This document shows, piece after piece, positions 7,324 to 14,927 of a stretch of DNA of 32,000 nucleotides. The stretch spans positions 1 to 32,000 of the forward strand of contig NQJD01000030.1 of NCBI GenBank assembly GCA_004284765.1, given 5' to 3'. The DNA is from Candidatus Electronema aureum. GTDB lineage: Bacteria > Desulfobacterota > Desulfobulbia > Desulfobulbales > Desulfobulbaceae. The notes under the pieces were generated by a model that saw only the letters and a program-made list of their open reading frames with translations, searched no databases and was not told where the DNA came from. A program made the position numbers and the translations under genes. Position 1 is the first letter of the stretch. The number at the start of each line of letters is the position of its first letter.

Positions 7324-10300
7324 ATGGGAAAAGACATGACCAGAAGCATTACCAGACAGCTTCTGACCGAGACCGCTGAGACCGTATTGACCCGCCGTTA
7401 TTACCTCAAAGACGGCCAAGGCAACATGCTGGAGAACTGGGAGTCGCTTTGCCGCCGGGTTGCGGATGCTGTGGCTGGGGTTGACCGGGGGCAGGAGGAC
7501 TACGAGACCTTGCGCGAGCAGTTCTTTACTATGATTTATCGGCTTGATTTTCTGCCCAACTCTCCTTGCCTGATGAACGCGGGTACTGATCTCGGCCAGC
7601 TCTCGGCCTGCTTTGTCCTGCCGGTCGAGGACTCAATGGACGGCATTTTTACCTCCATTCATAACGGTGCGCTGGTGCATAAAACCGGCGGCGGCACAGG
7701 CTATTCCTTCTCCCGGCTGCGGCCTAAAAATTCATCGGTGCGCTCGACCCAAGGCGTGGCCTCCGGGCCGCTTAGTTTTGCTGCCGTCTTTGATGCAGCC
7801 ACCGAGACCATCAAGCAGGGCGGCAAGCGACGCGGAGCCAACATGGGCATCCTGCGGGTGGATCATCCTGACATCATGGATTTCATCACAGCCAAGCAGG
7901 ATCAGAGCAAGTTCACTAACTTCAACTTCTCCGTAGCGATCACCGACAAGTTCATGGAGGCGGCGAAGAACAATCAGGAATATGACCTGATCGACCCTTC
8001 CAACCGCAAGGTGGTCTGCCGGATGAATGCGGCCAAAGTCTTTGATAAAATTGTTGATCTGGCTTGGCACAACGGCGAGCCAGGCGTGCTGTTCATTGAC
8101 GCGGCCAACCGCGCCAACGCCACCCCGCAGCTCGGTGAGTTTGAGGCGACGAACCCATGCATTGTCGGCGACACCTTGGTGGCGGTGGCGGACGGGCGCG
8201 GCGCAGTGGCCATCCGCCAGCTTGCCGAGGAAGGCAAGGATATTCCGGTCTTCTGCCGCAACAGCAAAGGCGGCGCTTCGGTGCGGATGATGCGCAATCC
8301 CCGTATCACCGGATATGGCAAGCAGATTGTGAAAGTCACCCTCGATGATGGCAACAGCGTGAGAGTGACAGAAAATCACCGCTTCGTGCTTTCTGACGGC
8401 AGAGTGAAAGAGGCGAAAGAGCTTGTTTCCGGCGACAGTCTGAGTCTGATGACTAAGCGTGAGGCCCCGTTCGAGAAAATATTCTCACAGTCTAACAGCA
8501 GGTCTCAAACTTATTGCTGGTTATCGACAACAGACAAACCAAATTGGCAGCCTGAGCATCGTCTGATTGCTAATTTTTATCATCGGCATCAGACCGGCAA
8601 AAATTTGGACTGGAATCAAGTAGTGCATCATCGCGATTACAACGGCCTCAACAACAATCCGGCCAATCTTGAGGTGATGAGCAAAGAGGCGCATTACCGG
8701 CTGCATTCGGAAGACCGCAAGGGAGACAAGAATCCGATGCGGCGTTTCCCGGAAAAGAACTGGATGAACGATCCGGTCAAGCAGCAGGAACTCCGCATCA
8801 GGCATCATGTTGGCGCAAAACGAAGTCAGGCAACTAAAGAGCGGATTGGTGCCGCGACAAAACTTCGCTTCCAAGATGAAGCATACCGTCTTCGTCATAC
8901 AGAAGCGGTGCAAGAAGGAGTTGCTCTTCACCAAGATAATTTTTTACAGGGACTGCAACAGCGCGCTCAACAGAAGCTGGCGGAATGTCAGTCCATGACT
9001 GACTTGCGTTGCTTCCTTGATGGCAACAGTGTCATGGTTGAACGCAGATGTGAACATTGCAGTGAATTATACACAGTATCTTGGAGCAAACGCGAACAGT
9101 CTTTCTGTTCAAAGCCCTGCTATGTTGTTTGGCATAACAGCAACCAAGCCGTCCGTCAGAAAATTACAGATGGCATCCATGCCACGTATGCTGCCAAGGC
9201 AGAGCAGACCCGTCGGCTCCAAGTAGAATGCTTTCTGAATTTGAAATTTGCGCAAGGCCAGACCCCGCTGAAAAAAGACTGGGAGAGCCGCTGCGCCGAG
9301 CAGGGCATTCCCAAGCGACTGGGCACGGAATTTGGCTTTCCGACCTATCATGCCTTGCAGGAAGCCGCACAGACCTTCAACCACCGGGTTGTGTCGGTTG
9401 AGCGCGACGGCATCGAGGATGTGTACAACGGCACTGTTGACGAATTCCATAACTTTTATATCGGTCATTTCCTTGGTGAAATTGATGGAGATAAAAGTTA
9501 CAGCTATATCAATAATTTGCAGTGCGGTGAGCAGTGGCTTTTACCAATGGAATCCTGCAATTTAGGCTCAATCAACCTCGGCCAATACGTCAAAGACGGT
9601 GCGGTCGATTTTACTCGCTTGCAACAGACGGTGCGTACCTCCGTCCGTTTCTTAGACAACGTGATTGACTGCAACCGCTTCCCGATCCCAGAAATCGGTG
9701 AGATGACTCGCAAGACCCGAAAAATTGGATTAGGAATCATGGGCCTGCACGACATGCTCATTCAGTTAGAGCTGTCCTACGGCGACGAGGACGGTCGAGC
9801 CGCTTCAGCCGAGGTCATGCAATTCATTCGTGATGAGGCGGAGGCCGCCTCCATTGCGCTGGCAAAGCTGAAAGGGCCGTTCCCGGCTTGGGACCCGCAG
9901 CACAACCACTACCCCGCCCGTCGCAACGCGGCTCTGACCTCTATTCAACCCACTGGCACGGTTTCGATGATTGCCGACTGCGCTTCCGGCTGCGAGCCGT
10001 ATTTTTCGGTGGTGACAGAGAAAAACGTCATGGACGGCGACCGCTTCCTGATGGTCAACAAGCATTTTGAGACCGTTGCTAAACGGGAAGGTTTTTTCTC
10101 CGAAGTCTTGTTGAAAAAGGTGGCGCAAAGCGGCACCGTGCTGGAGCAGGAAGAAATCCCAGAAAAATGGCAGCGTATCTTCCGCGCCGCTCAAGACATC
10201 AGTCCGGTGGAGCATATTCTGATGCAGGGCGCACTTCAGGCCAGCGGGGTGGATTCCTCCATCAGTAAGACCATTAACCTTCCGTCTTCAGCCAGCAAAG

Positions 10301-10872
10301 AAGATGTGCGCGAGTCGTACTTGCTCGGCTTTGAGTTAGGCTGCAAAGGGTTGACCGTGTATCGCGACGGCTCGCGAGAAGGCCAAGTTCTCAGCACGGC
10401 GGCTTCAACTGCCAAGCAGACCGCGACGGTTTCCTCGCAGGGTGAAACGCAAAAACAAGAGTTGCCGGATGTCCTCAGTGCCAAGCGCTACCGGCTGAAG
10501 GATGCCAATGGCGACCGCATTTATATCATCGTCTGCTTTGATGATAATGAAAATCCGATGGAGGTTTTTGCTAAATTTCCATTCGATAACCGGCTTGATC
10601 TGAAAGATAAATCCACGATGTGGACAACCACGTGCAGGTTAGTTTCTTTAGCTCTGCGCTGCCAGATACCGATGGAGGAAATTATCCGCCAGCTGGACCG
10701 TTCCAGCGGCCACATGCTCGATTTACCTGCCCAGCTTGGTAGGTTGCTGAAATCCTTCATGGCCGGAACCCAGAAGGGCTTTACTTCCTCTTGTCCAGAA
10801 TGCCCAGGCACCTTAGTTTTTACTGAGGGCTGCGAGGTCTGCCGCGACTGCGGCTATTCTCGGTGCTCGTAG
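7324..10872 (+). CDS. nrdJ: Class II (adenosylcobalamin-dependent) ribonucleotide reductase NrdJ, intein-containing, with a C-terminal Cys-rich zinc-finger tail
   Basis: Extein motifs: LPNSPCLMNAG, FVLPVEDSM, EATNP|CGEQWLLPMESCNLGSINL (split by the intein), SIQPTGT, KTINLP, GCKGLTVYRDGSR. The C-terminus is CPECPGTLVFTEGCEVCRDCGYSRCS. Start is at ATG 7324 (or 7336) after GGGAAAAAGAGAG; the 33 codons from 7225 look like non-coding read-through. Confidence 0.9.
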   Translation: MGKDMTRSITRQLLTETAETVLTRRYYLKDGQGNMLENWESLCRRVADAVAGVDRGQEDYETLREQFFTMIYRLDFLPNSPCLMNAGTDLGQLSACFVLPVEDSMDGIFTSIHNGALVHKTGGGTGYSFSRLRPKNSSVRSTQGVASGPLSFAAVFDAATETIKQGGKRRGANMGILRVDHPDIMDFITAKQDQSKFTNFNFSVAITDKFMEAAKNNQEYDLIDPSNRKVVCRMNAAKVFDKIVDLAWHNGEPGVLFIDAANRANATPQLGEFEATNPCIVGDTLVAVADGRGAVAIRQLAEEGKDIPVFCRNSKGGASVRMMRNPRITGYGKQIVKVTLDDGNSVRVTENHRFVLSDGRVKEAKELVSGDSLSLMTKREAPFEKIFSQSNSRSQTYCWLSTTDKPNWQPEHRLIANFYHRHQTGKNLDWNQVVHHRDYNGLNNNPANLEVMSKEAHYRLHSEDRKGDKNPMRRFPEKNWMNDPVKQQELRIRHHVGAKRSQATKERIGAATKLRFQDEAYRLRHTEAVQEGVALHQDNFLQGLQQRAQQKLAECQSMTDLRCFLDGNSVMVERRCEHCSELYTVSWSKREQSFCSKPCYVVWHNSNQAVRQKITDGIHATYAAKAEQTRRLQVECFLNLKFAQGQTPLKKDWESRCAEQGIPKRLGTEFGFPTYHALQEAAQTFNHRVVSVERDGIEDVYNGTVDEFHNFYIGHFLGEIDGDKSYSYINNLQCGEQWLLPMESCNLGSINLGQYVKDGAVDFTRLQQTVRTSVRFLDNVIDCNRFPIPEIGEMTRKTRKIGLGIMGLHDMLIQLELSYGDEDGRAASAEVMQFIRDEAEAASIALAKLKGPFPAWDPQHNHYPARRNAALTSIQPTGTVSMIADCASGCEPYFSVVTEKNVMDGDRFLMVNKHFETVAKREGFFSEVLLKKVAQSGTVLEQEEIPEKWQRIFRAAQDISPVEHILMQGALQASGVDSSISKTINLPSSASKEDVRESYLLGFELGCKGLTVYRDGSREGQVLSTAASTAKQTATVSSQGETQKQELPDVLSAKRYRLKDANGDRIYIIVCFDDNENPMEVFAKFPFDNRLDLKDKSTMWTTTCRLVSLALRCQIPMEEIIRQLDRSSGHMLDLPAQLGRLLKSFMAGTQKGFTSSCPECPGTLVFTEGCEVCRDCGYSRCS
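8158..9522 (+). mobile_element. Intein (455 aa) with an HNH-type homing-endonuclease module, inserted before the radical Cys of NrdJ
   Basis: Begins CIVGDTLVAV (block A), then VTENHRF (TxxH, block B). An HNH motif VVHHRDYNGLNNNPANLEVMSKEAHYRLH lies at 8620-8706. Block-F-like DVYNGTVDEFHNFYIG follows. It ends ..SYINNLQ, followed by CGEQ. Removing 8158..9522 restores the universal NrdJ motif ATNPCGEQ. Confidence 0.85.
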
Positions 10873-10898
10873 AAACTGCGTTGAATAAGGTGAGCAAG

Positions 10899-11501
10899 AT
10901 GCGGACTGCGCGGAAATCTTTGTCGATTGCAGTGACGCTGCTGCTTACCGCCGCCGTATATTCTTGGAGTGCAGCGGTGGCACCGCCGAATCTCTCTCAT
11001 CAGGCTGTATCTATCAAGGATGGCCTGATAACCATGCAGGCGCGGAACCTACCTATGCGAGATGTGTTGCAAAACATTGCAACACAGGCAAACGTAGAAA
11101 TCGTCGTGCAGGGTAGTGTCGAGCAGACGGTCTCTGCTGATTTCAGCCGCACTGTGTTGGAGGAGGCTTTGCGGCGGATCACACAGGATTTCAACAGCGT
11201 GTTCATGTACGGAACCCAGCAATCAGGACAGAGTCGTCCGCCGATAGAAAAGGTGTTGCTCTACGCAAAAACAGCTCCCGGTAGCAAGGCCAATGCTCAG
11301 GTTGTTGTTTTCCGCCCCGGCTCTACCCTACCGGTCAAAATAACACCGCAGCAGGAGAAATCAGAACAAGTCCAGATTGAGTCGGAAGAAGCGGAACAGC
11401 CCTCCATCGAAGCTATTGTTGAGCAAATGAAAAGCAATGATCCCGCCCTTAGACAGGAGCCAAGTCGTCGCCGTCCTCCTTCAGCTCCGCACATGAAATA
11501 A
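10899..11501 (+). CDS. Secreted protein with an STN/secretin-N0-like domain; the 3' end is probably corrupted
   Basis: Signal peptide MRTARKSLSIAVTLLLTAAVYSWSAA. The segment ISIKDGLITMQARNLPMRDVLQNIATQANVEIVV..VSADFSRTVLEEALRRI resembles STN/secretin N-terminal domains. GGTGAG lies 4 nt before the ATG at 10899. The tail ..DPALRQEPSRRRPPSAPHMK looks out of frame (see findings). Confidence 0.55.
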   Translation: MRTARKSLSIAVTLLLTAAVYSWSAAVAPPNLSHQAVSIKDGLITMQARNLPMRDVLQNIATQANVEIVVQGSVEQTVSADFSRTVLEEALRRITQDFNSVFMYGTQQSGQSRPPIEKVLLYAKTAPGSKANAQVVVFRPGSTLPVKITPQQEKSEQVQIESEEAEQPSIEAIVEQMKSNDPALRQEPSRRRPPSAPHMK

Positions 11502-11564
11502 TGAGCCTATCCCACTAATACACAAAACATGGTAAACTTGCCCTCCATCAAGGAAGGCCATGAT

Positions 11565-11915
11565 ATGGCAGGGAGATTTGAGGGGTTAAAGGATGCTGAG
11601 TGGAAGCTGCTTGAAGATATTTTTCCCGGAAAAGACAGAAGAGGCCGTGGAATGCCTGCTGCGCATCCGCGCAAAATTTTGAATTCGCTGCTGTGGCTGC
11701 TGATCACCGGATGCCGGTGGTGCGATCTTCCGCGAGGATCGCAATGGGCATCGAGAAGCGCACGCCATCGCTGGCGCAAAGCATGGCATCTTGATGGAAA
11801 ATTGGATGATATGAAAGCGCGTCTTCTTGGAATCGCCCAGAGTCATGGCCTGATTCACTGGATTTCAGGAGCCTTTGACGGCTCTTTTTCCCCCTGGGAA
11901 AGGAGGCGGCATTGA
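11565..11915 (+). CDS. IS transposase OrfA (N-terminal DNA-binding part)
   Basis: MAGRFEGLKDAEWKLLEDIFP..RGRGMPAAHPRKILNSLLWLLITGCRWCDLP is the typical IS5/IS427-group N-terminus. Confidence 0.8.
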   Translation: MAGRFEGLKDAEWKLLEDIFPGKDRRGRGMPAAHPRKILNSLLWLLITGCRWCDLPRGSQWASRSARHRWRKAWHLDGKLDDMKARLLGIAQSHGLIHWISGAFDGSFSPWERRRH

Positions 11916-12375
11916 AGTGGCTTATGGATATAAAGGAAAAGGCGTGCTGATTCATCTTCTTGTTGACGATGAAGAAATGCCTGTCTCAGCAGTGACAACA
12001 GCCGCAAATGCGGATGAAAGGAAACAGGTACCGCGTCTGCTTGACGGAATTGAAGTCAAAACAGGAAAACGGGGCAGACCTGCTAAAAAACTTAGAAGAA
12101 TTGCCGCAGACAAAGGATATGATTCTGAAGAGCTGAGAAATTTTCTTCGGGGCAGAGGGATTCAGCCGCAGATTCCAAGAAAGAAGAATGCGAAGCGGCG
12201 GCGCGGACGGTCAGTCAGCATGAAAGCTCCACGATTTCAATTTGAACGGACTTTTTCGTGGATGCAAAGAAAATTCCGCCGTCTAGTTGTCCGCTGGGAA
12301 AGGCAGCCCTGCTGCTTTGATTCTTTTCTTTGCTTGGCTGTTTGTTTTATGTGGACGCAGCGAATAGTGGGATAG
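11875..12375 (+). CDS. IS transposase OrfB (DDE catalytic part); needs a +1 frame change from OrfA
   Basis: GKGGGIEVAYGYKGKGVLIHLLVDDEEMPVSAVTTAANADER...IAADKGYDSEELRNFL...FERTFSWMQRKFRRLVVRWER has the DDE-transposase pattern of IS5. The stop codon lies inside the right inverted repeat. Confidence 0.8.
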   Translation: MTALFPPGKGGGIEVAYGYKGKGVLIHLLVDDEEMPVSAVTTAANADERKQVPRLLDGIEVKTGKRGRPAKKLRRIAADKGYDSEELRNFLRGRGIQPQIPRKKNAKRRRGRSVSMKAPRFQFERTFSWMQRKFRRLVVRWERQPCCFDSFLCLAVCFMWTQRIVG

Positions 12376-12382
12376 GCTCATC

Positions 12383-12535
12383 GTTGAGCAAAAAAGCGAA
12401 CAAACCGCAGCGGCGGTGCGGGCGATGGATAAGGGTGCTTTGCTAACTTTTCCTTTGACAACTGGGCTGATTTACAGGATGATGAGAGAAGTTTTGCTCC
12501 GTTTCTATCCCCTTATGCTTTCTTTGCACCTATGA
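12383..12535 (+). pseudogene. Orphan 3' coding fragment separated from its 5' part by the IS
   Basis: 50 stop-free codons (VEQKSEQTAAAVRAMDKGALLTFPLTTGLIYRMMREVLLRFYPLMLSLHL*). Its TGA overlaps the ATG of the next gene (ATGA at 12532-12535). After deleting the IS and one AT copy, the frame continues upstream to 11453. Confidence 0.4.
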
Positions 12536-13038
12536 TCAAAATCAGCCGTAACCAGCCCTGTCCTTGCAGATCGGGCAGAAAGTACAAACACTGCTGCCTG
12601 TCTCTCCGACAGGCTGGGCTACCGACTGCTCCTGTCCGGCAAACCCAAGTTTCCCTGCTGGTAGAAATTGAAAAAATTCAGCAGGCCGCCATGCGTTGGC
12701 AGGAAACCTGCCATGAGCTGGGAGTGTTCATTTTTTTCAGCACCAAAGACGGTGATGCTTGGGTGTTAGAGACCACTGAATCCGATGCGTTTCAAGCTGC
12801 TATGTCCGGTCAGCCGCTGTCACCGCCGGTGATGGAGAATCGAGATGTGATTGAAGTGGACTGGAGTCACGCCTTTGTTTTACGCAAACGCAGCTTGATG
12901 TTGACTCACCACAAAGACGGCACTGAAAGTGCGCTGGTTAATGCGCCAACCCTGCAAATCAGTGCAGCTTTGCGCAGAATTAGAAAGCACTATTCTGCGG
13001 AATTGCTCCGTCAAGTGCATGTACCGACAGCAGAATAG
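12532..13038 (+). CDS. SEC-C metal-binding-motif protein
   Basis: N-terminal NQPCPCRSGRKYKHCC is the SecA C-terminal-type zinc motif (CPCxSGxKYKxCC). The rest is unrecognised. Confidence 0.7.
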   Translation: MIKISRNQPCPCRSGRKYKHCCLSLRQAGLPTAPVRQTQVSLLVEIEKIQQAAMRWQETCHELGVFIFFSTKDGDAWVLETTESDAFQAAMSGQPLSPPVMENRDVIEVDWSHAFVLRKRSLMLTHHKDGTESALVNAPTLQISAALRRIRKHYSAELLRQVHVPTAE

Positions 13039-13240
13039 TTTTTTTAGATGAAATGAGCCTATTTCCTCTCCTCCCACCCGGCACTTGCCACGGCCGCTGT
13101 TCCCGATGATCTGATCGCAGACAGTGTTGGTGCCGCCGTTGCTGTATTGACCCGTCTGGCAGCGAAAAATATTTTGAACTGACCGCAGCTTCTTCCTTTC
13201 CCCGCCTTTTTGCCGTTTTTTCTTTTCAGAAGAAACCTTC

Positions 13241-13291
13241 TTGAAATTCATAAAAAAAGCAGGTATAAATTGTGAGTACAATTTATTGTAC
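13241..13291 (+). promoter_or_regulatory. Sigma70-type promoter plus a 16-bp palindromic operator candidate upstream of the GGDEF gene
   Basis: TTGAAA (13241-46), a 17-nt spacer, then TATAAA (13264-69). GTACAAT-TT-ATTGTAC (13276-13291, perfect 7-bp arms) follows 6 nt later. Confidence 0.45.
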
Positions 13292-13364
13292 CGTGCGGAA
13301 TGTTTTGTCACAACTCTGGGGCCGGAAACAATACTACCAACTTTCATCTTGACTGGGGAGCAGA

Positions 13365-14927
13365 ATGATCTCGCGCATCAGAAATTGGGTAGCACTACAC
13401 TGCCGCCACCAGCAAGGCAAACTGAACATGCGACTGTCAGTTAGTAGAACCATCAGCAAAAACAAAAAGCTGATCATCTGCCTAAGCCTGATCATTTTTG
13501 TTGTCAACACGGTTTTTCTGTCAATCAATTTTTATTCTCTCCGAGAGACGCTGTTGTCTTCACTTTTCCAGCAAGCGAAACGACACGAGGAGGAATTCAA
13601 GCTCAATCTGAAAATGGTGTATAGCAGTATGCTACAAATGTCCACCCTGATCAGCAGCAGTGGGGTGAGCCAAGCCTTCTTGCTCAACAAAAAACAAACC
13701 ACCGAAAGCAAAAGCAGTCAGAATCAAGAGGCAGAGGACAGCAGTGCCGGACAGAAGACTTATCAATTCGGCTCAGTGGAAAATAAGCCACCACATTTGC
13801 TGTCTGATAAAATGCAGGGCTATACTTGGCTACGCGGCATTTCGCCACTTTGGGCTGTTGATCCAGAAACAAACGGAAAAATTTATGTTGGTGCGATGGA
13901 CATAAGCACCTCATTCAAAGATATCGTACCGCTTTATGCAAAGCTCTTTCAAGTTGAGGCGGCTGTTTTGCTGAATAAGGATTATATCAGAACAAAGATG
14001 TGGAATAAAAATACAAAAGAATATTTTGAACAGCATCCAGAAGCCAATCATTATGTTGAGATAGCAAGCTCGTGGGATGAGCTTCTAAAAATACTCCCCA
14101 AAGTATTTGTCAGAAGTGACTACAAGACAGATGCTGTGTCAATGGTGTATCAAGACAAATCTTATTATGCTCTCTATTATTTTGCACTGCCTGATTCACA
14201 GGACGGAGAGAGTGAGGAAACACAAACAGAACCTGCGGGCTTCATGCTGATTTGGGAGAATGTATCAGAGCAGGTCTCACAATCCGCCACGAATTTTTTT
14301 GTCAATATCCTGCTGGCAATTTTTGGCTTTGTTCTAATTGAAATCGGCCTAATATGGGTGCTGAATCGTGAGACTCGCTTATCGGTGGCCGAGCAATGTG
14401 CAGCGATTGATGAGCTGACCGGCCTGTTCAATCGTCGCTATCTCGACGATCTTTTAGACAATGAACTCCGCCGTACTGCCAAGAGCCAAGACACTCCTCT
14501 GTCGCTGATCATCTGTGACGTGGATTATTTCAAACGGTACAATGATACCTATGGTCATAAATCTGGCGACGATTGCCTGAAAAAAATTGCTGACAGTCTT
14601 AGGCTCCAAGCACGGCGAAGCAGTGACTGTGTGGCCCGCTACGGCGGCGAGGAGTTCGTCATTGTGCTGCCGCGCACTGATTTGCATTCAGCAACTGATA
14701 TCGCCGAAGCCGCCCGAAAGGCAATCCTTGCCCTCAATATTCCGCACTCCAGCTCCGACATCGTACCGGTAATCACAATCACGCTGGGTGTGGCCTGCAC
14801 CTCTACTTTGGCTGAATACGACACACTTTTCGAGGCAGCAGACCGCAATCTGTACATTGCCAAGAACAATGGCCGTAACCGGGTTGAACCAACTAAGGTT
14901 GCTCTTCCACCGCGCAGGTTAGTCTAA
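13365..14927 (+). CDS. Membrane-bound diguanylate cyclase (GGDEF) with an N-terminal periplasmic sensor region
   Basis: C-terminal GGDEF domain: LTGLFNRRY, ICDVDYFKRYNDTYGH, RYGGEEFVIVLP, with an RxxD I-site (RSSD) five residues upstream of GGEEF. Two hydrophobic segments flank a ~270-aa unrecognised domain. GGGGAG lies 4 nt before the ATG at 13365. Confidence 0.9.
   Translation: MISRIRNWVALHCRHQQGKLNMRLSVSRTISKNKKLIICLSLIIFVVNTVFLSINFYSLRETLLSSLFQQAKRHEEEFKLNLKMVYSSMLQMSTLISSSGVSQAFLLNKKQTTESKSSQNQEAEDSSAGQKTYQFGSVENKPPHLLSDKMQGYTWLRGISPLWAVDPETNGKIYVGAMDISTSFKDIVPLYAKLFQVEAAVLLNKDYIRTKMWNKNTKEYFEQHPEANHYVEIASSWDELLKILPKVFVRSDYKTDAVSMVYQDKSYYALYYFALPDSQDGESEETQTEPAGFMLIWENVSEQVSQSATNFFVNILLAIFGFVLIEIGLIWVLNRETRLSVAEQCAAIDELTGLFNRRYLDDLLDNELRRTAKSQDTPLSLIICDVDYFKRYNDTYGHKSGDDCLKKIADSLRLQARRSSDCVARYGGEEFVIVLPRTDLHSATDIAEAARKAILALNIPHSSSDIVPVITITLGVACTSTLAEYDTLFEAADRNLYIAKNNGRNRVEPTKVALPPRRLV

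Larger units (their letters stand above)
11503..12379 (+). mobile_element. IS5-family (IS427-group-like) insertion sequence, 877 bp
   Basis: Perfect 15-bp terminal inverted repeats: GAGCCTATCCCACTA (11503-11517) and TAGTGGGATAGGCTC (12365-12379). Flanking AT on both sides (11501-02 and 12380-81) is a possible 2-bp target duplication; alternatively the repeats are 16 bp, TGAGCC..GGCTCA. It carries two overlapping transposase ORFs. Confidence 0.85.

Noticed and set aside
7732-8379. 215-aa and other ORFs antisense to or overlapping nrdJ (7974..8354, 9805..10215 and others)
   Set aside because: No motifs. They lie inside a gene with strong family signatures in its own frame.
12880-13347. 155-aa minus-strand ORF between the SEC-C and GGDEF genes
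   Set aside because: It overlaps the 3' end of the SEC-C gene and the GGDEF promoter, has low-complexity Lys-rich stretches and no SD or motifs. It is probably spurious.
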